Shown here: piece after piece, positions 9,885 through 19,045 of the stretch
Numbering within the stretch: position 1 is the stretch's first letter
How the letters are laid out: each line of letters starts with the position of its first letter
Assembly (NCBI GenBank): GCA_965261085.1
Contig: OZ253442.1
Location: forward strand, 4,128,001-4,192,000
Source of the DNA: a bacterium
GTDB taxonomy: Bacteria; UBA8248
Direction: 5' to 3'
Length of the DNA: 64,000 nucleotides
The notes under the pieces: model-generated
Told to the model about the DNA's origin: nothing
Database searches by the model: none
The model's input: only the letters and a program-made list of their open reading frames with translations
Made by a program: the position numbers and the translations under genes

Positions 9885-11075
9885 ATGAGTATGCCCCTTG
9901 AGGGGATTCGCGTCCTCGATCTTTCCAGAATTCTGGCGGGACCATTCTGCACGATGATGCTCGGCGACATGGGCGCCGAAGTGATTAAAGTCGAAAACCC
10001 CGTCGGCGGAGACGACACGCGCGGCTGGCCGCCTTTTTATGAGGGGGGTGAGAGCAGCTATTTCCAGTCCGTGAACAGGAACAAGAAAAGCCTCACGCTC
10101 AACTTGAAGGCCGAGGAAGGAAAAGAGGTTTTAAGAGCGCTCGTTCAACAATCGGACATCCTCATCCAGAATTTCAGGCCGGGCGCCATCGAGCGGCTCG
10201 GCTTCGACTGGGAAACTTGCCATACGCTCAACCCGCGCCTCATCTACGCCAGCGTCTCGGGCTACGGCCAGAGCGGGCCTTCGAGAGCGCGGCCCGCCTA
10301 CGACATCCTCTTACAGGGTGAAGGCGGACTCATGAGCATCACGGGCGCAGAGGGCGGCGGCGGCTTCAAGACGGGCATCGCCATCGCCGATCTCACCACC
10401 GCGATGTTCGCGACCCAGGGGATTCTGCTGGCCATCATCGCGCGGGAGAAGACGGGGAAGGGCCAATACGTCGACACGGCGATCCAGGACGGGCAGGCCG
10501 CGCTGATGAGCCACGCAGCGGGAAACTATTTCGCCACGGGCGCCCCGCCCGGTCGGCTGGGGAACCGCCACCCGAGCATCTCGCCGTACCGGGATTTTCC
10601 CTGCTCGGACGGGGAACTCATCGTCGCGGCGGCCAACGATTCCTTGTGGCAGAGGTTCGCCCGCGCCATCGGCAGGGCCGACTTGGCGGATGACCCCCGA
10701 TGGGCCACGAACACGGCGCGCGTATCGGGGCGCGATGAACTCGAAGCTGAAATCGAGCAGACTATGCGGACCAAAACCCGCGCGGAGTGGGCCGAAATCG
10801 TATCGGGAGCCGGCGTGCCCTGCGGGCCGGTGCGGACGATTGAGGAGTTGTGCGCGGACCCGCAAATCCATCACCGCGAGATGGTCGTCGAGATGGAGCA
10901 CGCGAGAACCGGCGTCCTGAAGGTGATGGGCAACCCCATGAAGCTCTCGGATACGCCCGGCGAAATCCGCATGCCCCCTCCCCTGCTGGGTGAGCACACC
11001 GAAGAAGTTCTCTCCCGCCTGCTTGGAAAATCAGATGGAGAAATCGCCGCGTTAAAAGAAAAGGGCGTCGCGTAG
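9885..11075 (+). CDS. Family III CoA-transferase (CaiB/BaiF)
   Basis: LEGIRVLDLSRILAGPFC, NRNKKSLTLNLK, NFRPG, PPLLGEHT. Confidence 0.92.
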   Translation: MSMPLEGIRVLDLSRILAGPFCTMMLGDMGAEVIKVENPVGGDDTRGWPPFYEGGESSYFQSVNRNKKSLTLNLKAEEGKEVLRALVQQSDILIQNFRPGAIERLGFDWETCHTLNPRLIYASVSGYGQSGPSRARPAYDILLQGEGGLMSITGAEGGGGFKTGIAIADLTTAMFATQGILLAIIAREKTGKGQYVDTAIQDGQAALMSHAAGNYFATGAPPGRLGNRHPSISPYRDFPCSDGELIVAAANDSLWQRFARAIGRADLADDPRWATNTARVSGRDELEAEIEQTMRTKTRAEWAEIVSGAGVPCGPVRTIEELCADPQIHHREMVVEMEHARTGVLKVMGNPMKLSDTPGEIRMPPPLLGEHTEEVLSRLLGKSDGEIAALKEKGVA

Positions 11076-11169
11076 CGTTTATGGCGCAATGCGCCTTGTC
11101 AGACATGGCGCTCGCCGATAGGATACGGGAGAAATCGCGGACTTTACTCGATAGATACGGAGAAACATC

Positions 11170-12171
11170 CTGAGAACGGTCACGTATTCATTCAACTTCA
11201 CCTTGCCCATCACGAACTGGTGCGTGAACCACTGCGGCTATTGCAGTTTCCGCAGCAACGTCCCCGTCCTGCTCTCGATGGAGGAGTGCGAACGGCTCGC
11301 GAAGCAGGCCTATGCGCAGGGAGTGGTCGAGGCGCTCGTGATGACGGGCGAGGGAATCGACCGGCACAAGGGTCTCATAAACCAGTTAAAAAACTGGGGA
11401 TATGACTCCTACGCCGCCTACACGGCCGCAGTGTGCAAGATGTGCCTCGATGTCGGCCTGCTGCCCCACGCGAACATCGGCACGCTGGAAGAATGGGAAT
11501 ACGAGATACTGAAACCCTACAACGTCTCGATGGGCATGATGATGGAGACCGTGAGCCTCGAGGCCACGCGGGTCGCCCACCGGGCGGCGCCGACGAAAAC
11601 GCCCGAGGTCAGGCACGCCTCCCTCGAGGCGGCGGGAAAGCTCGGGGTCGCCTTCACGACGGGAATACTCGTCGGCATCGGGGAATCGCCCGCCGAGCGG
11701 GTCGAGACGCTTGCGGCCATCGCCGAGGTACACAACCGCTACGGGCACATACAGGAGATTATCTTACAACCCTTAAACCCCCAGCCCCTGACGCCCATGT
11801 CCAAGTGGACCCGGCCGCCGGATGAGGATATCGCGGCGCTGATCCCCGAGGCGCAAAGGCTCATGCCGGGCGTGCACATCCAGGTTCCGCCGAACCTGGT
11901 CGACGATCTGCTCGGCCTCATCATGGCGGGTGCGGACGACATCGGGGGCATCGCGCCGGAGCCGGATCACATCAACCCGAACCGCCACTGGCCCAAGCTC
12001 GGCAATCTCGACCAATCCCTTCATCAAGAAGACATCGCGCTGCGCCTGCGGATGCCGGTGTATGATGAATTCATCGAGGCGGGCTGGTGTCCGCCCGAAA
12101 CCCTGCCTGCGCTCCACCGGATGCTCGAAAGACGTGAAGCGCAAGAAGCCCTTCCCATGGAGATCGCATGA
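11170..12171 (+). CDS. cofG: FO synthase subunit 1 (radical SAM); probable CTG start at 11170
   Basis: CVNHCGYC radical SAM motif, LLPHANIG, FTTGILVGIGE, GHIQEIILQ, QVPPNL, DHINP; conserved VTYS lies upstream of the track start. Confidence 0.85.
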   Translation: MRTVTYSFNFTLPITNWCVNHCGYCSFRSNVPVLLSMEECERLAKQAYAQGVVEALVMTGEGIDRHKGLINQLKNWGYDSYAAYTAAVCKMCLDVGLLPHANIGTLEEWEYEILKPYNVSMGMMMETVSLEATRVAHRAAPTKTPEVRHASLEAAGKLGVAFTTGILVGIGESPAERVETLAAIAEVHNRYGHIQEIILQPLNPQPLTPMSKWTRPPDEDIAALIPEAQRLMPGVHIQVPPNLVDDLLGLIMAGADDIGGIAPEPDHINPNRHWPKLGNLDQSLHQEDIALRLRMPVYDEFIEAGWCPPETLPALHRMLERREAQEALPMEIA

Positions 12172-13421
12172 ACGCCCTTTATCCTCATGAAATTATTGAC
12201 GCCTTCGAGGCGGGCGAGGAAATATCGCGCGACGGCGCGACCGCCCTGCTCGCCGAGAAGGACAGGGAATTCACCGAGCGCCTTTATGAAACGGCGAACG
12301 CGGAGAGAGAAAAAGCCGTCGGCGATGAGGTGAGCTACGTCATCAACGCGAACGTGAATTTCACGAACGTGTGCTACACGGATTGCAAATACTGCGGCTT
12401 CTGGCGGCGGCCGAACGCCCCGGACGCCTATACGCACGACGACGACGTGCTGCGCAAGAAATTCGAGCGCGCAAGGGATTTCGGCGTGCGTGAAATCTGC
12501 ATGCAGGGGGGGCTGAACCCCCAGATATCGATTGATCGTTACGAGGAAGTGCTCAGGCTCGCCCGCGAAATCATCCCGGGCGTGCACATGCACGCCTATT
12601 CGCCCGCGGAAGTCGACCACATCCAGCGAAAAACCCGGTTGCCGCTCGAAGTAGTGCTCACGAGACTCAAAGAAGCGGGGCTCGGCTCCATCCCGGGAAC
12701 GGCCGCCGAGATACTCGTGGAAAGAGTGAAGAAACTGATCAGCCCGGGAAGAATCCCCGTCGAAAGATGGTGCGAGATCATCCGAACCGCTCATCTCGTG
12801 GGCATCCCGACGACCTCCACCGTCATGTACGGCCACATCGAGAGCAGCGCCGACCTGGCCGAACACATGGACATTTTGAGAAAAATGCAAAAAGACTCGC
12901 TCCAGACGGACGGAGAGGGCCGGTTCACGGAGTTCGTTCCGCTGCCCTTCATCCCGTACGACAACAAGATGGGCGAGGAATTCGGCATCGAGGAAATGGC
13001 GGACCTGGAAACCATCTTCAGGCTTCACGCCGTTGCGCGACTCTTCTTCCGGGGGACGATAGCCAACATTCAGGTGGCGTGGCCCAAGATCGGAATCGAC
13101 GCCGCCCAGAAGGCGCTCTCCCTCGGGGTGAACGACCTGGGCGGAACGCTGATCGAGGAGAACATCTCCCGTGAGTCGGGTTCTGAATACGGACAAAGCC
13201 TGAGCCCCCGGCAGTTCAACGACGCCATACTGGGAGCGGGACGCATCCCCGTTCAGCGTACGACCACGTACGACATCATTCGCGAAGACGACACGCGGTA
13301 CCGCCCGCCCCGCGCGGATGACGAGATGCTGCTCGGCGCCGGCTTCTCGGGCGGGAGAAAAGAGGGCGACTTCATCCCGGAAAACCACCTGGGCGTCTCG
13401 AATCCCGAGCGCGCCCGCTAA
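12168..13421 (+). CDS. cofH: FO synthase subunit 2 (radical SAM)
   Basis: VSYVINANVNFTNVCYTDCKYCGF, GSIPGTAAEIL, TSTVMYGHIE, NDLGGTLIEENIS; follows cofG. Confidence 0.85.
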   Translation: MNALYPHEIIDAFEAGEEISRDGATALLAEKDREFTERLYETANAEREKAVGDEVSYVINANVNFTNVCYTDCKYCGFWRRPNAPDAYTHDDDVLRKKFERARDFGVREICMQGGLNPQISIDRYEEVLRLAREIIPGVHMHAYSPAEVDHIQRKTRLPLEVVLTRLKEAGLGSIPGTAAEILVERVKKLISPGRIPVERWCEIIRTAHLVGIPTTSTVMYGHIESSADLAEHMDILRKMQKDSLQTDGEGRFTEFVPLPFIPYDNKMGEEFGIEEMADLETIFRLHAVARLFFRGTIANIQVAWPKIGIDAAQKALSLGVNDLGGTLIEENISRESGSEYGQSLSPRQFNDAILGAGRIPVQRTTTYDIIREDDTRYRPPRADDEMLLGAGFSGGRKEGDFIPENHLGVSNPERAR

Positions 13422-13440
13422 TCGGCCGGAGAGAAAACCC

Positions 13441-14883
13441 TTGAGTGAACTTCACCACCCCTCCTTCAAAGACATGATGAACGACGTGGTGGATGCGGGC
13501 AGTTGCTGCGAGTGCGGAAGCTGCGTTCTCGTCTGCCCGCACAACGTCATCGAGTACATCGACGCCAAACCCAAGCAGACGGCCAAGGCGAAGGCCGATT
13601 TCGATTATTGCGGCATCAGCGAGGGAGTGGGCTGCGACGTATGCGCGGCTGTGTGCCCGAGGCTCTGGCCGAGGGAAATCCATTTAAAAGACGCCACCTT
13701 CCAGGAGAAGAGAAGCGAGACCTACGAGGGCATTTTCGGCGCCTACCAGCACATCTTCATGGCGAGGACCAAGCGCGACGACGTGATGGAACGCGCCCAG
13801 GACGGCGGCATCGTCACTGCGCTGCTCGCATGGGCGCTCGAGAACGCCGTCATCGACGGAGCGGTGGTTTCCGCCGTCGGGGAGGACGACCCGCCGTGCG
13901 ACCCGAGCCCCAAGGTCGCCACGACGTACGAAGAGATTCGCGCGAGCGCAGGGAGTTGGTACACCTACTGCGCGAACAACCTCGCGCTCGAGGAAGTGAA
14001 GCAAAGAGACTTGAAAAAAGTGGGCTTCGTGGGCGTTCCCTGCCAGATCACGCCAATTCGCAAAATGGAGCTCATCGACCCCGCCTTTCTGGTATCGCAC
14101 AAGAAAAGGCCCCAGCACATCGAGAAACAGCGTGGCTTCCTGAGAGGATTCTCCGAGCGCGTCGCGTTTCAAATCGGCCTGTTCTGCACGGAAGTCTTCA
14201 CCTTCGACCTGATGACGGAGAAAATCGAAAAAGAGTTGGGCATCCCCCTCACGGATGTGGCGAAGTTTAACGTCAAAGGCGAGGTGCTCGTCCATAAAAA
14301 AGACGGGGAACTCGTCACATTCCCGCTCCAGGAGGCGATGGAGAACTACCAGCGTCCCGAATGCCAGCATTGCGCGGATTTCTCCGCCGAACTCGCGGAC
14401 ATCGCCTGCGGGGGCGTGGGCACGCGGGGCTGGACGATAGTCGTCCTGCGAACCGAGAAGGGCAAGGAGATCTGGAGCGAATTCGAAAAAGAAGGCCTCG
14501 TGGAAATCCAACCGATACAGGAGAACAGGCGGGCCTGGAACATCCTGCAGATTCTGGCGAGAAGACAGCGCAATCGCGTGCCGACGATGGGACCCCGGAG
14601 CGGCACGCCGGCCGGCCTTCCCCAGTACGACCCGTTCGAGGGCGCCGGCATCGCCGGGCAAAAAATGGTCGATAGTCCCAAAACGCCAGAGGAATTAGAA
14701 GAATGCCTCACCACGGCCTATGGGGAGGAGGCGCGCCCCGCGGGCGTGCGCGGCTTCCTCGCGGGCCAGCCGATTCCCGGTGACCCGGGAGATCCGCCCC
14801 CCGGGGAGAAACGCAAACTTCCACCACCCCCGAGCCCGGCCCAGGGCGGCGTGCCGCCGGGCTGGGAGGTTTCAGGGGAATAA
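13441..14883 (+). CDS. Coenzyme F420 hydrogenase/dehydrogenase beta subunit (FrhB/FdhB family) with ferredoxin domain
   Basis: TTG start; CCECGSCVLVCP, AQDGGIVTALL, VGVPCQI, IGLFC, CQHCADFSAELADIACG. Confidence 0.85.
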   Translation: MSELHHPSFKDMMNDVVDAGSCCECGSCVLVCPHNVIEYIDAKPKQTAKAKADFDYCGISEGVGCDVCAAVCPRLWPREIHLKDATFQEKRSETYEGIFGAYQHIFMARTKRDDVMERAQDGGIVTALLAWALENAVIDGAVVSAVGEDDPPCDPSPKVATTYEEIRASAGSWYTYCANNLALEEVKQRDLKKVGFVGVPCQITPIRKMELIDPAFLVSHKKRPQHIEKQRGFLRGFSERVAFQIGLFCTEVFTFDLMTEKIEKELGIPLTDVAKFNVKGEVLVHKKDGELVTFPLQEAMENYQRPECQHCADFSAELADIACGGVGTRGWTIVVLRTEKGKEIWSEFEKEGLVEIQPIQENRRAWNILQILARRQRNRVPTMGPRSGTPAGLPQYDPFEGAGIAGQKMVDSPKTPEELEECLTTAYGEEARPAGVRGFLAGQPIPGDPGDPPPGEKRKLPPPPSPAQGGVPPGWEVSGE

Positions 14884-14884
14884 G

Positions 14885-15520
14885 TTGGATACCCCCGCTC
14901 TCACAGATAAAAAACCGGCGCTCTCCATCTCACTCGATGAGGCTCTACGCAAAAGACGCTCCATACGCCACTTCACGCCGGATCCCGTCCCGATGGAGAT
15001 GCTCCAAACCGCCCTGTCCGCCGCGTGTCTGGCTCCCAGTCCGCACGGGACGAGTCCCTGGCGGTTTTGCATTCTCGATTCCAAAGAGGCCAAAGAAGCC
15101 CTCGCGGCCGAGATGGGCAAAGATTTCCTCCGCGACATGGAAGCGGAAGGCGTTCCAGAAGAAGAGCGGACGCGCAGACACAGGGGAAGCATCCGCCTGC
15201 TTACCGGCGCGCCCGCACTCATCATGGCGTCTCTCTCCTTCGCGGACCTGGATGAATACGAGGAACGCGAAAAACAATCCAACGAATGGATGATGGCCGA
15301 ACACAGCCTGGGGGGCGCTCTGCAAAACCTGATGCTCGCCCTCGCGGCCCAGGGAGTGGGCTCCGTGTGGCGCTGCGCTCCCTTGTTCTGTCCCGAAACG
15401 GCCAGAAAGGCCCTGGACCTGCCCGCAGACTGGGCGCCAAGGGCCCTCATCGTCGCGGGCTACCCATCGCAGCAGCCCGCCCCCAAAGAATCACCCGAAC
15501 CGGTGCTGATCGTCCGATGA
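14885..15520 (+). CDS. Nitroreductase-family protein (FbiB C-terminal-like, probable dehydro-F420 reductase)
   Basis: TTG start; RRSIRHF, APSPHGTSPWRF, QNLMLALAAQGVGSVW, APLFCP; located in cof operon. Confidence 0.75.
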   Translation: MDTPALTDKKPALSISLDEALRKRRSIRHFTPDPVPMEMLQTALSAACLAPSPHGTSPWRFCILDSKEAKEALAAEMGKDFLRDMEAEGVPEEERTRRHRGSIRLLTGAPALIMASLSFADLDEYEEREKQSNEWMMAEHSLGGALQNLMLALAAQGVGSVWRCAPLFCPETARKALDLPADWAPRALIVAGYPSQQPAPKESPEPVLIVR

Positions 15521-16473
15521 GTTTTTCCGGCCCTGTCGTTGCGCTTGCAGGCGGTGTGGGCGGCGCGAAACTCGCCGTCGGCCTGGCCCATGCGCTCCCC
15601 GAGGGGGAGCTCACCGTCATCGTGAACACCGCGGACGACCTGGTGCTCCACGGCCTGCACATCAGCCCGGACATCGATACGGTGATGTACAATCTGGCGG
15701 GCATGTCGAATCCCGAGACGGGCTGGGGGATCGACGGCGATAGAACGAGCGCGCTCGACCTCTTGGGACGCTACGGTGGACCGACCTGGTTCCGGCTGGG
15801 CGATCAGGACCTCGCCACCCACATCCGGCGAACCCAGCGCCTGGCCGAGGGGGCGAGCCTGACGGAGGTGACGCGCGAACTCGCAGCCTCCCTGGGCATC
15901 AAGGCGAACATATTGCCCATGACGGATTCTTCCATCGCCACCCGGGTGAAGACGCCCGAGGGAGAACTCGAGTTTCAGGATTACTTCGTCGCCAGAGGAA
16001 CGAGGCCGAGCGTATGCGGCGTACGCTTTCAGGGGGCTGAGGAGGCGAAAACCACGCCGGAGGTGATGCGCGCGTTCGATGAGGCGCGCGCGGTCGTTTT
16101 TTGTCCGTCCAATCCGATTGTGAGCATCGGCCCCATTCTCGCGCTCGCCGACATTCATGAGCGGCTCCGGCAGGCGTCCGCGCCGCGCGTGGGGGTGAGT
16201 CCCATTATCGGGGGCGCGGCTTTGAGAGGCCCCGCCGCCGAGATGCTCAGTAGTCTGGGGCATGAAGTGTCGGCCTTAGGGGTCGCCAGGATTCTCGAAG
16301 ACGTGCTCGATGGGTTCATCGTGGACACCGAGGATGAGGCCCTGGTTTCATCCATTGAAGAACTGGGGCTTAGAAGCATCGCGCTGCCCAGCATCATGTC
16401 CGACGTCGATTCCAAAAAAAAGCTGGCCCAAGGCGTTTTGGCGTTCGCCTCATCCATACAAAAGATGGCATAA
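15517..16473 (+). CDS. cofD: 2-phospho-L-lactate/PEP transferase (CofD/FbiA)
   Basis: ALAGGVGGAKL, VNTADD, ISPDIDTVMY, WFRLGDQDLATH, FQDYFV, PSNPIVSIGPIL. Confidence 0.93.
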   Translation: MSFSGPVVALAGGVGGAKLAVGLAHALPEGELTVIVNTADDLVLHGLHISPDIDTVMYNLAGMSNPETGWGIDGDRTSALDLLGRYGGPTWFRLGDQDLATHIRRTQRLAEGASLTEVTRELAASLGIKANILPMTDSSIATRVKTPEGELEFQDYFVARGTRPSVCGVRFQGAEEAKTTPEVMRAFDEARAVVFCPSNPIVSIGPILALADIHERLRQASAPRVGVSPIIGGAALRGPAAEMLSSLGHEVSALGVARILEDVLDGFIVDTEDEALVSSIEELGLRSIALPSIMSDVDSKKKLAQGVLAFASSIQKMA

Positions 16474-16524
16474 GAAAATTCAGGTATACTCAAAACACAT
16501 TTTCTCTCGCACACCCCGGGATGG

Positions 16525-17181
16525 ATGATGAGTCTTCCGAGCCATTGCGTCGCCTTGATTCCAGTTCGCGATTTCAGAACCGGGAAATCCAGGCTCGCGC
16601 AGACCCTGGATGAGAACGCCAGAAACCAGTTGGGCCGCTGGATGCTCGAGCGTGTTCTGAAGGCCGTCGGCGCTGCAGATCGCATCGATGAAATTGTGGT
16701 GTTGAGTGATTCAGCGGAAGTCCTGACCCTCGCCGGGGAATACGGCGCTATCGGCCTGTTCGAAAAATCAGGCGGTCTCAACAACGATCTGGAAATCGGC
16801 CGCTCCTGGGCGAGACAGAAAAACGCCCGCTCTTTGTTTATCGTGCACGGAGATTTGCCGTTTTTAACCACCGAAGAGGTGAACGCGTTTCTGAAGCGGC
16901 GCGAATCACCGGAAAATATCGAGCGCGACATACGCATCGCCCGATCGAAAGACAACGGCACGACCGCTTTGTTCATACAGCCAATCGATGCGATTCCCTT
17001 CCTCTTCGGAGAACAGAGTTTCGAGAAACACCGCGCCGCCGCGCGAAAGAAGGGCTGTGACCCGCAAGCTTGCGAATCTTTCGGCTTCGCGCACGACATA
17101 GACTCGCCTGAGGATCTCGAGTTCCTGCTCTCTCGTGAGGGAGAAGCGCCCGGGTGGCTCGCTTCCGCTCCCATGAGATGA
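16525..17181 (+). CDS. cofC: Phospholactate/PEP guanylyltransferase (CofC/FbiD)
   Basis: IPVR...GKSRLA, GLNN, HGDLP, FGEQSFEKH, DIDSPEDL. Confidence 0.85.
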   Translation: MMSLPSHCVALIPVRDFRTGKSRLAQTLDENARNQLGRWMLERVLKAVGAADRIDEIVVLSDSAEVLTLAGEYGAIGLFEKSGGLNNDLEIGRSWARQKNARSLFIVHGDLPFLTTEEVNAFLKRRESPENIERDIRIARSKDNGTTALFIQPIDAIPFLFGEQSFEKHRAAARKKGCDPQACESFGFAHDIDSPEDLEFLLSREGEAPGWLASAPMR

Positions 17182-17939
17182 ACAGCGTCGAAATCATACC
17201 CGTCACCGGGTTGCCGGAAATTCAGGAAGGGGATGCGTTGGCGCCCATGATCCTGGGAGCGCTCGAGGCGGGCGGCGCGAAAATCCGGGATCGGGACATC
17301 CTCGTCCTCGCCCAGAAGATCGTCAGCAAGGCTGAGGGCAGACTCCTGGACTTGAACAGCGTCGAACCATCCCGGGAAGCTCTCGACATCGCGAACCGCG
17401 ACGGACGCGACCCGAGGCTGGTGGAAGCAGTGCTCAGAGAATCGAACGAAATCGTCGTCGCCTCAGAGCGGGCGCTCATCGTGGAGCACCGCACGGGCGC
17501 GGTGTGCGCCCACGCAGGCATCGACCGCTCGAACGTCAAGGGGGGTAAGGATCGGGTCTTGCTGCTGCCCCGCGATGCCGATCTCTCCGCCCGGAAACTA
17601 CATGAAGAGATTAAGGGAGCAACGAACGCCTTCGTTCCCGTCCTCATCGCCGACACCCAGGGGCGCGCCTTTCGGCGGGGCGTCGTCGGCGTGGCGATAG
17701 GCTGCGCCGGCCTGGAGCCGTTGGTGGATCTACGGGGAGAGAAAGACAGAACGGGCCGTATGCTTGAGATCACCATACTCGCGCATGCGGATGAAATTGC
17801 GGCGGCGGCGAGCCTGGTGATGGGACAGGACAAGCAGGGAGTTCCCGCCGTCTTGATTCGCGGTCTTGATTATCATGAAGGAAACACGCCCGCGCGCGCT
17901 CTCTACCGCACAAAAGAAGAAGATTTGTTTCGCCCATAA
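17178..17939 (+). CDS. cofE: Coenzyme F420-0:L-glutamate ligase
   Basis: GLPEIQEGD, KIVSKAEGR, AGIDRSN, DTQGRAFRRG, ADEIAAAASLVMG. Confidence 0.92.
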   Translation: MNSVEIIPVTGLPEIQEGDALAPMILGALEAGGAKIRDRDILVLAQKIVSKAEGRLLDLNSVEPSREALDIANRDGRDPRLVEAVLRESNEIVVASERALIVEHRTGAVCAHAGIDRSNVKGGKDRVLLLPRDADLSARKLHEEIKGATNAFVPVLIADTQGRAFRRGVVGVAIGCAGLEPLVDLRGEKDRTGRMLEITILAHADEIAAAASLVMGQDKQGVPAVLIRGLDYHEGNTPARALYRTKEEDLFRP

Positions 17940-17969
17940 AACTACAACTCTCAATATGAGGATGCGCCC

Positions 17970-18302
17970 ATGGCTATACTTCACTGGAACGACGTCGAGA
18001 ATAGACAACTGAACGACATCATCCGCGGCAGAATCGTCAAAACGGACAACGTGATGGCGTGCAGGATCACGGCGAGCGCCGGAAAGCCCATCAAAACCCA
18101 CACCCACGAGTTTGACCAGATAACGCACATGATTCGGGGAAAACTGAAGTTCCACTCCGGAGATGAGGATTATCAAGTCGTTCAGGCGGGAGACGTCATG
18201 GTCTTTCCGGCGGGAACCCCGCACGGAGGAGAGGTTCTGGAAGAAGCGGAATATATCGACATGTTCTCGCCGCCGAATCCGGATTTCCAGTGGGACAAAT
18301 AA
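17970..18302 (+). CDS. Cupin domain protein
   Basis: HTHEFDQ...G...FPAGTPHG cupin motifs. Confidence 0.85.
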   Translation: MAILHWNDVENRQLNDIIRGRIVKTDNVMACRITASAGKPIKTHTHEFDQITHMIRGKLKFHSGDEDYQVVQAGDVMVFPAGTPHGGEVLEEAEYIDMFSPPNPDFQWDK

Positions 18303-18353
18303 CCGCCAGGCTTAGAACCGCATTGAGGTGAGAACCCGTTCTGCCCCAATGCG

Positions 18354-18392
18354 AAAAACCGGCCCTCCCCGTATCGGGAGAGCCGGCTCTTT
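18354..18392. terminator. Probable bidirectional intrinsic terminator between cupin gene and tail module
   Basis: A5-CCGGC.CTCCC/GGGAG.GCCGG hairpin followed by CTCTTT, between convergent genes. Confidence 0.6.
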
Positions 18393-18594
18393 AGTTCTTG
18401 AATCGTCTGAGATTCGCGCTTTTCCTACCCGGCTCCCGCCGACTCATCCGCTCCAGGGCCAAGCCGGCTTCGAGTACCTCCTGGTTGAAGCGAAACTCCT
18501 CCCAGGAGCATCGGGCCAGCAGGTGCGGGGGGAGGCCGTAGGTCTTCGCCTGAAAATGAATGACCCCCAGAAATTCTTTCCTACGCCGCCGGAA
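18391..18594 (-). CDS. Probable frameshift extension (T part of G/GT) of the tail assembly chaperone
   Basis: Open +1 frame overlapping the 3' end of the chaperone with no convincing own start; FLGVIHFQAKTYGLPPHLL. Confidence 0.45.
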   Translation of the reverse strand, partial: FRRRRKEFLGVIHFQAKTYGLPPHLLARCSWEEFRFNQEVLEAGLALERMSRREPGRKSANLRRFKN

Positions 18595-18973
18595 ACGTAT
18601 CGCCTCCCGGCGCGCCCTCCTCAGGGGCAGGGGCCGCCGTCTCGTTCTGCAGGGCCGTAACGGCGGTGAAGATCGCATCCGCATCCGCCGGGGCGAGTTC
18701 ATGGATACTGAGTTCATCCGGCATACAACGCCCCGGTTCTTTTTCAGTCATCGAGCCGCGCTCGGGAACGAAACAACGCCTCAGGATGCAGTGCACCCAC
18801 TCTCCGGTGAGCGCATATCGCTCCTCCCCGCTCGCAGCGCCGTTCGAGGCGCCCGCGAACAGTTTCGGATACGCCGCCATGTCCAGGAGATTCGGCGCGC
18901 GCACGAAGCCCTTGAGCCCTGAAGGCAGGGTGATGGGCTTGCGGCCATGGTTTCTGTATTCTGATATTTCCAC
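18581..18973 (-). CDS. Probable phage tail assembly chaperone (G-like)
   Basis: 130 aa, directly after tail tube gene, KPITLPSG start, GGAGG SD; call is mainly positional. Confidence 0.55.
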   Translation of the reverse strand: MEISEYRNHGRKPITLPSGLKGFVRAPNLLDMAAYPKLFAGASNGAASGEERYALTGEWVHCILRRCFVPERGSMTEKEPGRCMPDELSIHELAPADADAIFTAVTALQNETAAPAPEEGAPGGDTFPAA

Positions 18974-19045
18974 GATTCCTCCCTATCGTTTTCGCTGAAT
19001 CAGACCCACTTGAGATGAAGAAGAATCCGCCTATTGGGATGACGA

